Below, piece after piece: positions 28,102-41,870 of a DNA stretch of 63,746 bases. The position numbers and the translations under genes were made by a program. The first letter of the stretch is position 1. The number at the start of each line of letters is the position of its first letter. Below the pieces are notes generated by a model, which did no database searches, was not told the DNA's origin, and was given only the letters and a program-made list of their open reading frames with translations. Origin of the DNA: Tubiluchus corallicola (Eukaryota > Animalia > Priapulida); assembly GCA_030141605.1 (NCBI GenBank), contig JAQGDQ010000042.1, positions 310,001 through 373,746 of the forward strand, given 5' to 3'.

Positions 28102-31100
28102 AAAAAGTTTATTTTTTACTACGGTATAAGACCAATAGTAGTATAGTACTATTACATGCCCGAAACCCCCATTTACTAAAATAGCCCTCGATGTTATTCC
28201 AGACAGCGCGTTTAAATCTGGGTAGAAAAACTTGAAGTTTTTTAGTCGTAAAACTTCAAACTGCTGTTCGCGAGAAAGTGGGTGATAATGAGGTCAGTAA
28301 ACGCAGCAGACGTCTGGATTGCTTGTAAACATCATCGTCATAAACACATGCAGGTCAAAGGTATTAAACTCTTTCGTAAAAGTGTATAGTATATATACTG
28401 CAGATTACCCCAATAAGACCTTATCTTCATATTTCTGAAAACAAAAATCGCGTTTTGATCAAATAATATGCGAGTTGCAGTTGGACGTAATGATTACGCA
28501 GTCATTTTAAATATTGTATTAAAAAGTTGCGTGTCTCCACTAATAAAAAATAACCTGTCTGCTCTATGTTCGCAGAAAACTGGGCGCAGGTTTTATAAAT
28601 TTTATTTGCACCAGAACAACAAAAATATCTTACCAGAAACGACAAATATTCAAACATGCAAATTTTCACTGTAATACACGTAGTAGGCAACCATAATTGT
28701 CAAAGTAATTCCTAGAGTGTGATTTAAATAAAACGTAACCGATATTTAGTACGTATCTGGTAATGTAGTCGCACTGTTCTTCCAATGGTTAGCTTATCAC
28801 CTGATAGAGAGTACAGTGACCGTTCAGTCTACAGCTTTGATGAGTGACATATATAATACACCTAAATTAGTAATCTTACCTAAATTTCCATAAAAAGTTT
28901 TATGCGTGCCTGAAATTATAAAAAGCCAATTGTGTTGTATAGTGTTAGATGTTACGGACTACCAAATTTTTGGTAGCCCATATATTTTGTGCTACCATAG
29001 TGTTAGTTGTTTCTAGATTAAATTTGTCCACGCCGTATAAGAAATACGTTCTAGCGGCTTCCTGGATGGAAATTTATACCCCTTAAGAATGAAGAGAAAC
29101 CGGACTACACGTAATGTAGGCCTCTTTTGCGAATGACACTATTGTGATAAAGGCTACGAATTAGGTTTATGAGAAGTCTTTTTTCTATATAACCCTGTAT
29201 ATTGATGCTTTTTAGATGTAGATTGTAGTCAAACGAATAATTTTGCAATTATAATTAGCTAAGCATACTAATAATTGCAAATTAATTACTATTCAGAATT
29301 AAAATCTACTTTTACCAATGCATTTGTGCATTTTTTCATTTTTTAGTTAAATCACCTAAGCTAATTGACCATATTTCTGTAAAGCAGTTATTAGGCACAA
29401 AACAATTATTATCATAAAGCAAATCAATCATTTATCATCGATAGTTATTTTAAGAAAAATTTGTAATAACGTTAATATGTACTAGCTTTCTGAATTTTCG
29501 CCGCTTTTCTTTCAAGACAATTAAAATTATTAGCAAGCGGCGAACTTTAAAATTTCTGTAAGAAGAAGTAACAAGATACTATAAGCTTATAACTAATATT
29601 GTTCCACAGGCTACCCTTTCTCCTACACCCCAATAACACATTCGTACGTTAGATATATTTTTATTATTCTTTGGCATTATTTTTCTCTCAAGGAGATAAA
29701 TAAGGAATAAATGCCTAAAATGTAAAACGTGTAGAAGTTTTAAAATGATTTTGTCTGTATACGGCATTCAATAATTTGGCGCCGGTAAAATTCCGCCAAC
29801 TGATATTTCATACAAAAAACTATTCTTAATTTTTTTCTTATCACAAGACACACGAGACAGTGAAAAAGAGTTCAATCAAAACAAACAAACAAACAGGTAC
29901 GGCATAATTAAAAGCAGTCCTACAGAAATCAAGCAGATCCAAATATCTGTGAAGCTTCTTTAGATTTTTAAAAACAGAAATTACGATTGGATTTTGCAAC
30001 AAAAAACAATTAATGACTGCCAGGTGACCTGGCTGCTTATTTTATCAAATCCTATAAAGTAAACAGTTTTTTTAATTTTAATTTCTAATGGAGAAGTTTT
30101 GACGTATTGCAAAATTAATCAAAAATTCTGTTGTTAAAGTTATTGGCTATAAAATGAGTTTATAATGCTGTTGATCTTGATGTTTTCTAAGCACCATAGC
30201 CTTGATGATGTGCAGCGTCGCGTTATTATTTAAACTACATGTCAATAATCAAAAGCTTCTGTCTAGACGTAAACTATTACTAGTGTCACACAAAGGTTGA
30301 ACTATTGCTGACTTGATTTAGAACGAATGGTGAACTACTTACTACAATTACACGGACCGATGTGAACTTGTGACAGTTTAGCATCATTATCACACGTGAA
30401 GTTTCATTACGTGAAGCGCTACTCAAATCTTCATGTGTAGGTCAATGTTAGAGTAAAAACAATTTGTAATAATAATTCAAGCAGTAATTCGCATTGTTTA
30501 TATTTCAATAGAGTCATAATTATAGTGGGTTACAATTTCATAATTTTTACTATAACACAAGGGAAAAAATAGGTTTAAATGTAAATCTTTTTAATTAATA
30601 GTGATAATCTGAAAGGAATAGAATATCTTTTTGTAACTGATGTGTAATGCAATGATCTACAATAACGAACCTGTAAAAAATATCAGGCAGCTAAAACTAT
30701 GAATATACCTAACTTGCTATTTGTGCAAGTTTAGTTTACTTTAGTTATTTCTATTCGTATGTTTATTTAGTTTATACTAAATAATTTGAATGGTATAATA
30801 TTCCAACTTTTAACTTAATTCGTATAACTATGTGCCAAATTTAGTGCAAAACAGTGAGATAGTAACTGCTAATGAAGATCACCTCATTCCTGAAGTTCAC
30901 GGAACAGAATATTAACTCTGTTATGAATGAACAACGGTTCCTGTAAATGGATTTTTCCTTTATTTGAATTTTTAACGTCAGGCAGACTTGCGGTGATATC
31001 TCCGGCTGAAAGTAGGGCAGCAGTAGAATCAATATTTTAGCAAAACAGTGAAAAAAGGTTCATTCACTGGTCAGGATTGCAATCAATGAAAGCTGTGCAA

Positions 31101-32310
31101 ACTGCGGTCGCTGCTAGATCTCATCCACAGCAGCTGTGGGGAAAGGGTTAAGGCAATGACCTACCAAACAAAATTCCTCGGCTTCCTGCATTTAGCATTT
31201 AGAGTTTTATTTGGTTAATTCAATGCTCAATGGTTCTTGTGACCTAAACCTTACTTTCTGAATATATTACTCTATTTTGCATAACAAAATATACTGTGCT
31301 AGTGTGCTAAACTTAAATAAGTAATTATTATCTTGATTATTCAAAGGCATTTTCGCACTACTAGCCTTTAGACTGCCTACATGAAACAACTGTCTATAAA
31401 AATGAATACATATATGTGAATAAGTAAGTTTACTCGTAGGCCTAAATGATGAAAGAACTTATGTAATATAGGCAAAATCATATAAATATCACATAAATTT
31501 GTTTAATGAAAACCATCAGATGTATATTTTGGGACTAAATTATATGTGTTAAAAAGGACATAGGCATAGTGTTCGTGTAAGAAACTGAAAAAAGTGTGAT
31601 ACATATAATGACGAGTAGCATATAGCAGACTGCACAACGCACTCGTTCTGTCTGTCGCAAATACGATTATTTTACCCTAATATTTGACGTTCTAGAAGAT
31701 ATCCTCTTATCCAGCCACAGCAAGGGGTTAATATCCTCCAAACCCTTTCATTACATGTGAGTTTACGTGCCCCATTTTCTTCAGACGAGTGTCAACAAAA
31801 GTTGCTCGTTTTGTAAAAAAAAAACTAAGAAAATTTGACTGTACCCTGTGTGCCTACATCGTTTGAGAGACGGTTTATCTGACATGATCTGGTAAATAAT
31901 CAGCAGCTAACTATTATTGCCATCCGCTTTGCTGTTTAGGTTTTTCAGTTCAGAAAATTGTCTAATTACACAGTAAATCTATTGAGACAATAAACTTGTA
32001 TAACAGACACGCACAAAACATTTTTCTAATTTGTAACAATAATGTAACAAGATTAGAGAAAGAACAAAATAACGAAATAATAAATGAAACGGGTAAACGA
32101 GTACCCGCGTAAAATTTTCATTAACAATTAAAAAATTTTTTGTAAAAAGGCATTGAGCTTTTCTTCAAGACATAAAAACAAATGTTCATGCACTCTGACA
32201 CAAGGATATAATGCACCACATGCAGTATACCCAGACAAATATACCCAGAATACGTAAATCAGACAAGTGTCAAACACATTACATAGAAATGCTGCAGGTG
32301 TTCGTGTATT

Positions 32311-32678
32311 CAGGGCTGGGTTATCCTACAGGCTAATGTAGGCTACAGCCTACGGCCTCTCTAGTCTGATAGTCTGTCTTTTCCCTCAGACTCTCAAGTC
32401 TTGAGGGCCCTGCTAAAACATTTTCAAACATTTTTTTTGAAAAATTAGTATAATATTTTAATATTTTGCACTGCTGAATAATTCATTTAACTTAAATTAA
32501 AATTTATGAAAACACAATTTATTTGAGATAAAGGGCTCCTATTTGAGACCCTTTCTTTGAGATAAGAGGCTCCTGATTGAAGTTCGAGACGGATGCAGGT
32601 GAATTAGATGATGGCTCCGTTTAAGGGAGCCCGTAATTTCATTAGCCTAGGGGCCCCAAAAGGCTATAATCTGGCCTG
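32311..32678. mobile_element. Decayed hAT-type MITE, ~370 bp
   Basis: Ends CAGGGCTGGGTTAT ... ATAATCTGGCCTG form an imperfect TIR. Flanks CGTGTATT / CATGTATC match 6/8, as expected for an aged 8-bp TSD. Confidence 0.6.
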
Positions 32679-33929
32679 CATGTATCACGTTATAAAACTT
32701 AATATAAACAGTTTGTTAAATTATTTTTATCAGGGACAATTTCCACATGAATGTAAGTGCACGTCACTTGTATGCCTTTAATAATGGCATAACCTTGTGT
32801 GAAGCTGAGTTCAAAAATTAGACCTAATTACTAAGTTGCAAATTTCTAAATCCTTATAAAGAATTTTGTTTGGATCGCTCTTTAACCTCTACACTAAAAC
32901 CGGCTGAGAATTATTCTCCATGTGAAAGCGCAACCCCTTTTGATAAGAAATTCATTCCGTGGGGAAAGAGTTAACTTGCTGCATTTATATTTGGCTCCAT
33001 CGTAAAATTATTAACTGGGCTTATGTGTGGCCTTGACCCACTGTGCACTATTCAAGCGTTTTCATAAAACTAGACAGACTGCTATACTGGAATGCCAATT
33101 AGATAAGAATATTTTTTTATTCTGCCAAATCAAATATTTCCATGTTGACACAAAACAATCGACCTTGGATCTGTTGATATTAAACGTGTAAAACTTTACA
33201 CATTTAACTGAAAACGTTTAAGTTTGGAATAGGAAACTTTTGAAACGTTCAAGTGCGTTTATTTCTTTCATTGTTGTGTTTGCATTTTCTTGAAAGTTTT
33301 AAAATAGTGAAACTATTAGAAGAAGGAACAAATGATATAAAACATATTGTGAAGCATATTTTCAGTCACCAAATTTTTGCTTTTCACCTTAACTATTATT
33401 ATAGAAAACTACAGGAAAAGTCGGAGGCATCATGTCAACGAGCGATGTAATATGCGGCATGGGACAGAGAAACATTGTTTTGTGACGTTTGCGTGGGTGG
33501 GTAGACATCTTTGTTTTTGAGAAATTTGTGTAAGTGGCTACAGATCAACATTGCCATAAGAAATACCAAAAAACTAAGCGGAAATAGTTTTTGACTGAAA
33601 CCTTTTACTAAACTGAGAACAACCGCAATTCATACTGTTTTATTTTTCGCTGTGACAAATACTTTCCATTTTCTTATAAACTGCATGCAGCTATAAGCAA
33701 TTAGTATAACCGTGAAACCATACAACGCACCTGAAACATCTATGAAGCCTAATTGTACTATTATAACAATTGCTTTTACATAAACTTAAGTTATTTTCTG
33801 TCTGTCATGTCAAGTAATTCTTCCCGAAGGTCTCTCACCCTACGCTCAACAGCATTAACCCTTTATTTAATTTTAAAAATTCAGCGTCTCTCGAAGCTAT
33901 GCTGCTAGCAAGGTTGTAGATAGGTCGTT

Positions 33930-34365
33930 CAGCGGGCAGACAGAGAGCTGTTTTTGCGAGGACTTCGAGGGAGCTAGGTCGACGCGCAAGCAGACGTACA
34001 GTGACGTCAGTGAGCTGTGAAAAATTGCGAGATTAACCGATGATTTTTATAATAAGTTTTAAAAGAATGAAGCAGTCAGACATGTTTCGACATTTAACGT
34101 AATAAACTGGCTGGGATACTTGTGTAAGCATACGAGTTTAATCTCGCGATAAAGTCCATCGTGATTTAGCTTTCTTTGTTTTAAATTCTGAATTGTGTTC
34201 AGAGTGATAATTCATTACTATACAAAAATTTTGTGTTCCATAAATTGCTGAATTTATATTTCGGTTTATAGATAAGTTTTACGAGTTTTGGTCAATAAAA
34301 GTCGGTTATAAGTGATAAGTGGCTGTTCACTTTGCCTGATGTTGCTTAAAGAAACCGAGGTATTT
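33930..34365 (+). promoter_or_regulatory. Candidate promoter and non-coding first exon (possibly of the nuclear receptor)
   Basis: Local CpG-richer patch, perfect CRE TGACGTCA at 34002-34009 and donor-like GAG|GTATTT at 34359/34360. Confidence 0.3.
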
Positions 34366-37300
34366 TTCGAAATTGAACGCGACTACTACGCTACATTCCT
34401 GCCTACCAAACGCAAATTATGTACATGTTTTTCTATTATAAATAGCACGTGAGTTGTTAATAGCCTACAAACCTGTAATGTAAGTTCAGATATAAAAGGG
34501 TTAGGCTCCATTCTGAGTACAAAGTTCGCCGGTCAAAAACATTTATTATGTTATTACGTTATTCTGTCATAAGAAAAAAAGCGTGAATGAATGATCGAAG
34601 AAACCATCAAAGAGGAAGAAAGAGATGACCAAATCACATGACCAAGTCTAGGACTCACTCCACTGATCTAGGATCTTTCAGCAGTAATGGTGAGTAACAT
34701 AACAGTAACATAGCCATATTTTTTATAAGGCAGGTCTATTAAACAATAGTAAATATAAATATTATTCGTAAGCGTATGAACGCAAGATCACATTGTAACT
34801 ATAATTATTAATCAGAAAAGGTACTCCAAAAACAAAATTTTGATGCAAACTAGCGAAAACTAGCCGACGTCAAATTTAGTCCTATGTAAAAACATTATGG
34901 TATTTGCCACTTAAGCAATTTGTTAGACGTATCCTCATCATTCTACCTTTTCAGTTAAACTAACGATCGAATTAGCGAGATAACCATCGGTATCAAATTA
35001 ATGGCTACTTGTACTTTGTGTTTAAAATTTAAAACATAGCTATCACATAAATTCATAAAACTCTTCTACATAAAATAACAAGTGCAGAATTGCAATACAT
35101 TAGTATAAACCTGTATGAACCAATACTATATAAAGCCTATTTAGAAAGCTGAAACTGGTCTGCAATGAGAAAACCCCATAAAAATCATTCACGTACATCC
35201 TCAGGCATATGTGGACTATCTGGACCTGCTTTAATCCGTTTTTGGCTTTTTCTAAACATTTTAGAAAGTGTCTTAGTCTTCTTTCGGTTAGTAAGAACTG
35301 ATCATGAGCAGTATGATTGCAGATTTAGATCAGCATCATAGGTAAGCTAAGTTATGTTGCGGTGTGAATTCTTAGATTTTGCAAATTCGATAATTTTACA
35401 TTTGAAATAATCTCAATTTATATGCAAATACGTAACTGTTCAAGATCAGCATTCAGTGCTTTAATAGTTCATTACCATCTTCATTTCTCTCCTTATTAGA
35501 TTTAGACTGTAGCTTTACTCAAATTATAATTTTCTTAGTTTAGTCATTGAAATCGTGTTATATTAACTTTTATTGTGACATTTTAGAGGCTTTATTAAAT
35601 AATTGAAAGGAACACCTCGGCATTCATTAATAATGATCCAAAGTTTATACATTTCAAAAGCTTTATTGTAACCCTTGCTGATTTCATGTAACTTCTTCAT
35701 CTCATTCTTCAAAATTTAATAACAATTTTTAGTAAAATTAGTGACATATCATATCTATGTAGTATTATATGGAGGTAAAAAACAATATTATTGTTTATCG
35801 GTAGTCACTGCGTAAAAATTAAAAGAGATCACCAAAATATTCTAGAACATTTTCTTGCTAGAAAATTTACAATTGTACCTGTCATTTTTTTGTTATATTT
35901 TAAATAGATAAATTTATCGTCACTTATGGGTATAATTCAATCTACATTTTAATTTTTTTACTTGTAAAGTATATTGAACAAGAAGGGTTTTACGTTGTCT
36001 GTATTTTATATAGTCAACCGACATTATGATTTTATTAGCATTAATTTACCAGGAATTGCTGCCTGGGTTATGATCAATGAAACGTGACTTAGCAATGAGC
36101 TTGGATGGATCGTCATGCAGTTTAATCAGTCGCACAATTTCAGGCCTTCAAATTTGGAACGAAAAAATCTGAGACAGGCTAAGTTTATTATTCATAAACT
36201 GATCAAAGATATGTACAAACATATACACTGCTATTTGAGATGTTAAATTGATTTTTTGAAAGATTTAGGCTATTACATACAATATTGATTGTATCCGGTA
36301 TACATTGTTTTACGAGTAAATTGCCATTTCATAATCGTGCAAAGGAACTTCAAATAACTTAAAGAAAGTGGAAAATGACTTATTGATGGCGAAAATTAAG
36401 CGAGAATTTGAGACCATCTTGTTCTAGTTTTAATCATATGCTAGATATTAACTATATCCTGCGACTTTATACTTTGCCTATGCCTTTTTAATACACAAAA
36501 ATGTGTCTATTAACCGCAAACTCAATATTACATTGTATGGTAATGAGTAAACTCTTAGAGTTGGCAAATGGCAGATTTCAGTGGTCTTTCAATACAAAGT
36601 TTACGTTTCCTAAAAAACAAACAAAATAATATGATTTTTCAGCTAAGTTTTTACCTACATTACAATATGTTCAATATGCTTCCTGACACTTCAATTGTTT
36701 TTCTCACTCGATGGCTGAATTGATCAATGGCTTTATTGATAATGCAATTACACTAATATCAGTAAAATAAAGATAATACAATCATATTAATATCATGTTA
36801 ATTAATATCTTTTTCATTTTCATTGGACTGGATGATCAGATATAAAATTTTATTTTTTGTACTTCTTTAGAAAAACTTAATGAGCAAGTGCTAATACAAG
36901 TGGGATAAAAATTCTAGGCTCTGTGGAATTTGATAAAGGGCTAGTTTTTTGTCCAGGCTGTACAGTACTGAAATTCGTGTTGCCTTGAAAATCAGCCAAA
37001 GGTTATTACCAAGAACTGCAAAGCCAAGTGAACACGTTTGTTAGTTGTACTTTATTGATTTTCATGGTTTTCTTGTTAAATCTCCACATGGTAATTTTGT
37101 TATTGAATGTACATGCATTATACTTTTTAAGACAACAACTCGTCTATAAATCGTTCACTATATGCGTAAATTTTAAAATTTGTTTTGATGAAACCCGCTT
37201 TCTTTTTTGCAAAATTGTTTTTCGTTTTCCCACAAAACCTGATAATAAACAATTAAGCAAATAAAACAGCCAGGATTAAGCATCCACTTGTGGATTAATT

Positions 37301-40300
37301 ACTTAACTTAAATTTCTTGTCTTACGAACGTATGCAGATTCCGAAGACATCCACCATTAACGTTGGTGTAATCGGATAAAAAATGAAGTTCAAATACATA
37401 GGCCTACTTGGTGTTTTAAACAGGCCTAATACTAGTATTGTTTGAAAGAAGAAACTTAGATTTAACGATTCTCAGCGATTAACTTTAGTATTGCTATAAA
37501 AAGTAATCATCTTAGGAAGCATTAATGTTGGTACTGTTTATTTTAACTCTGATTTCATTTGATGTTTCAATCTTCTATGATTTTGAGACGCAACGTAACT
37601 TGAAACCCTGAAATGTTAATACGAATGGATTTCTTGTGCTTGTGCTGCCATCTCGCGGTCGAGTAAACAAAGTAGCATGGGTATGTACAGAGACTCTAAT
37701 AGTCGGTTAAACTTATTTCACGGTTCCAACGCTGGCTCTTTGGTCTTGATTAAGGTGTCCTTTTTGCTGAATCCTTTATGTACCTACTGGCTTTCCTAAG
37801 CAAGTAATACACTTTGTCCTATTATAATCTTTAACACACAATGTCATCTAGTACGTTATAAGTCCTCGTTTAGTAGTGTAAGTAGTACCAAAATGTTAAA
37901 CTAGGCCTCTTAGTGCCGTTGCACATCACAAATATTTTCTGCAAAAAAGAAATAGTACACACTATCTCTCCTAATGTGTATCTAATAACGTTAAAATTAA
38001 TTCAATCGGAATTATATGTAAAAGCTTCATAACACTTGTGCTACCACCTCGTAGATCTACTAATATTAATTGTGCTATTAAAATATCTACTTTTCTGCCC
38101 TGTTCTCCTAAGTGAGACAGTAATATTTAGCAGCACTTTGATTTTTTAAATAAATTATTATTTTTATGAATCTTGAGTCCGAAATTTCCATGGGTGAGTA
38201 ATTAATTGTGCAATCACATTAATAAATTTATGGGATTACGCCTACATAAATTTAATCACAACATTCTTGTCATACAGCGATAATAAACGCAGGCTTTCAA
38301 GCATTCTATCTTACTATATGCTTCGTTGCTACTTCTTTGTGCAAAAAATCGTAAGCCTTTCTCTGTGGATTTTCTTGGTTTCTAGAATCTGAGATTCGGG
38401 CAACTACTGCTTTTGTTACAACAGGTCATAACTGTGATTGCAATAAGCTCTAATCCAGACTGCAGTAACAAACAAGCACAATATCGACATTGAAAAGTCT
38501 TTTGGATTGATAACATTTAGCTAACAGATTGAATGTTGATTGAAGTACAAAATACAGCACATGCATTATACTTTATATAGATAGGCAAGTCTGTTCTTTT
38601 CACAGTGGGAAATGATGTCACATACAAAGTTTCTTATTACACAAATCAAATGAAGAGAAACGTTCATTCACAGAAATACAGATTACGTCACTGGTGGTTT
38701 TTGTGTGAATATAATTAATAAAAACATTAACTATATTTCCACGAGGTTTGACGCGCCTGGTATGTAAGATTTAACCGTTATCTGTGTGGCAATCATGCAG
38801 GAATAGTATATTTCATTAGAATATAATTTCCACTTTTTTCGTTCATGGCTAACGATTCCTGTCGGGGTTCTCCTAGTATAGTTTATCTACTTATACGAAA
38901 TGCATGCGTGCTTTTGAAAGTATAATACGAAACATGAGATTTTTTAATAAAATATCGAACTTCTGGCAAAAAATAACGCATTAAAATCCACGCTTTATAA
39001 TGTCGCACTTTGTGATTTCGTTTGTAAAATAGTTCTTTATTCACGTGTGACTAAATGTGGTTTAATTCAGGTATTGTGTGTTGTCTTTGGGACGAGATGA
39101 GACGTAGTTGAACAACACTGAATCTGGCCAATGAATGGGCGGATGATTGCCGAATTTCTGACGATACTCGTTCTGACGATTTCAACTGCCATATTGACCG
39201 TGCTGACAGCCTTTATAAATAGCCTCCACATGACAATATACATGTATATATAGACAGTAAACACCAGACGTTGTTTGCTTTCTTTGTGATGAAGTTTTTT
39301 TACAAATAATAATTTAAAAAATTAAATTACGTAAAAAGAAAAAAAGATGTTAGAACGCTTTTTTCACGAAATGTCTTGCATAAACATTACAGTTTTTTGG
39401 CGCTCAGTTTCCAATCTCATAGGATTAAAACAAAAGTGTGTCTAGATGGACACGAGTAAGATACGACTAAACTATTTAGAAAAGTTTTCTTCAATGAGTA
39501 TTTCATGCCAAAAGCCTGGTTTGCTTTATGGGTAAAGTAAGCAAGGAGAAAACGAAAATAAACACTCTACCACTTCGCATAATTTAACTAGAGTTTTACT
39601 TGTCCAACTGATGAGGACTTTGAGGGAAGGGGTTACCTACTGGGCCATAATTTTTACCTTTACCCACACGCACAAGCAGAAATGTAAATGTGTTTTGCCA
39701 CCAAGAACTTCTCGTCCTCTCTGTTCTTCTAGTTGCTGCAAAAAAACTTGCACTGTGAACCTTTTACACACATTGGTGATGCCGCCCCTCCCCAAACTGA
39801 CAAAAGTATGATAGCCCTGGAAAGGGTCAATGAACAGAAGGAAAGAGGTTATGGAGAAGGAAATGTGCGTCAGTTTCCGAGGCAAGCCCGGCTGTTGGAG
39901 AACTGGCCCAATTCGGGCTATGATATCCGAATAAACTGGGTTTGGTATTTATATGCCCGAGCGTGTGGTCCCTCCAGACTGTGCTTATTTAAGTTGCACT
40001 AACTCTGCTGCTTCTAATGTAATGTACATCTAACTCTAAGTATCAGTTCACTCCACGCCTGCACTAAATTACTGTTATTTTCTTTAAACTCTAAATTTTC
40101 TCAAAGAGAAATTCGCTATTATGGTTTTTGCAATCTTGTGATTTTCGCAGTGCACTAACAAAAATTACAGAAATGCATGAATCCCTAGTCTTGGACTTGT
40201 TGGTGTTGGTGTCGATGTTGTTGCTATATTTATCTTTAAAACCTTCCACAAAACACAGTTTTCAACGTAGGATGAAATTTTGCGCACAAATACTAACTAC

Positions 40301-40439
40301 AATTGCCAGCAGATGGCAACGAAGCTCGATTTTTCGTTTTTTCAACAGTGACGCAGTTATGACGTCATCACTATATATCCAATTTCTAGTAAAACATCCT
40401 AAAAAGCGTCGAAGCGTTACTAGGCACTATAATTTTTTG

Positions 40440-40770
40440 TAGGAAGTCCATAGGGAAACATCTCTGACCTCCAGTCGGGGCGAACTCTTTAAAATACTCT
40501 TCGGCTCATCAGGAAACCCAAGTTCGAATCCCAGTCGGTAAAATTTTCTCACGCACCGAAATTAATTTCGCCGATCGTAAAAAAGCAGTAAACAGTATCT
40601 CAGTGCCGGATCCGAGCACATTAGCGCTTCCAATCTTGTCATCGTCATCATCGTCGTCGTTTCCGTTGCCGTCGTAGTTGTTGATGCTGTTGCTCTTCCC
40701 TTTTGTTGTTGTTGTCATGGTTCTGGTTTTCATTGTCGTTGTGTTGCCATTGTTGTCGTAATAAATAATA
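40440..40770 (+). repeat. tRNA-like B-box fragment followed by a GTC/GTT microsatellite (possible SINE remnant)
   Basis: GTTCGAATCC at 40522-40531; no intact cloverleaf; trinucleotide tract at 40637-40770. Confidence 0.3.
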
Positions 40771-41664
40771 ATTTTTCGCATCTACTAATACCCATTTGGC
40801 CATTTTTCATTTATTGTATAATGTATGTTTATACAATTACATATAATTTTTGTCTGTTTGAGATCCTTAATCCAAAAAATACAAGCAACACGAATCACAT
40901 GAATTAGATTAGTCGCAATAACTTTGTCTTACGTACGTAAGTTACTTGTACATAAATTCGTGATACATAAATAAATTTTGTAAAACGTTTCTTACTTTTC
41001 TTATTCAATTTATAAAGAACTATAATTTAGCACTATAGCCATAATTATTGGTTGCTGTAGCAGTTTGTTGACGATATGCCCAAAATTAGTTTTTCCGGCG
41101 ACTGATAGGTCTAATCAACATTATCGCCTACATATCTATTCTCTAAATAAACTGCGTACCCATTCTTTATCTTACTCCTATGTATATTGCGATGTAGGAT
41201 GCAAACAAGTCAGTCTGGAATATTTACTGTGGCGATAGAAGAATTGCTTCTCTGCTTGTAATTTGCATTAATGACAAACCCGTTGCTAATGACAACATTA
41301 TACAAGGCATATATTAACTCTCTCATCTCGTGCCTAAACAAGGGCCGATCCAGAATGTTGGGGTGCTTTTGCTAATTTTATTTCAGCGATTTCTAGACAA
41401 TTATTTAGTAAATGTGAATTCGTACCAGTTTATGAAATTGTGTAATAGAAGTTGTTCCAAAGTCTTCGTAATTTTATTCATTGTTATTCTTGGTCTAGAA
41501 ACTGTACTGTGTGAATACTACTGTATACTGCGCATGCCTTACATTTATAATACAAATTATACATGATATGAGATTAACATAGATTGCTGTTGCACCCTTT
41601 CCTCCCTAAGTGTAGTACAGCAATCACGCAGCACCCATTTTCCTATTTCCCCCAAGACTTCGGC

Positions 41665-41870
41665 CAGTGGTCAACCAGTGTAAATGACCTCAGATGACCG
41701 ATGGTGTGAGCACGGACAGTGTTTACCTCTTTCCTAGGTCGCTGGTATTATTTATTCGCCGACTGCGCGCATTTCAGCACTAATTACTGATATACGATAT
41801 TAGCACATGCTGCAGTGGTCATTTCAGGGATCGGGTCACGTGACTAGCCAAGACTGACCAGTGGTCAAAG
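41665..41870. promoter_or_regulatory. Cluster 1 of nuclear-receptor half-sites (GGTCA/TGACC)
   Basis: CAGTGGTCA at 41665, 41813 and 41859; TGACCT-caga-TGACCG (DR4-like) 41685-41700; GGGTCA-cg-TGACTA 41833-41846; TGACCA-g-TGGTCA 41855-41867. Confidence 0.5.

Noticed and set aside
40500-40560. tRNA gene
   Set aside because: Only a B-box (GTTCGAATCC) is present; no A-box at the right spacing and no acceptor stem.
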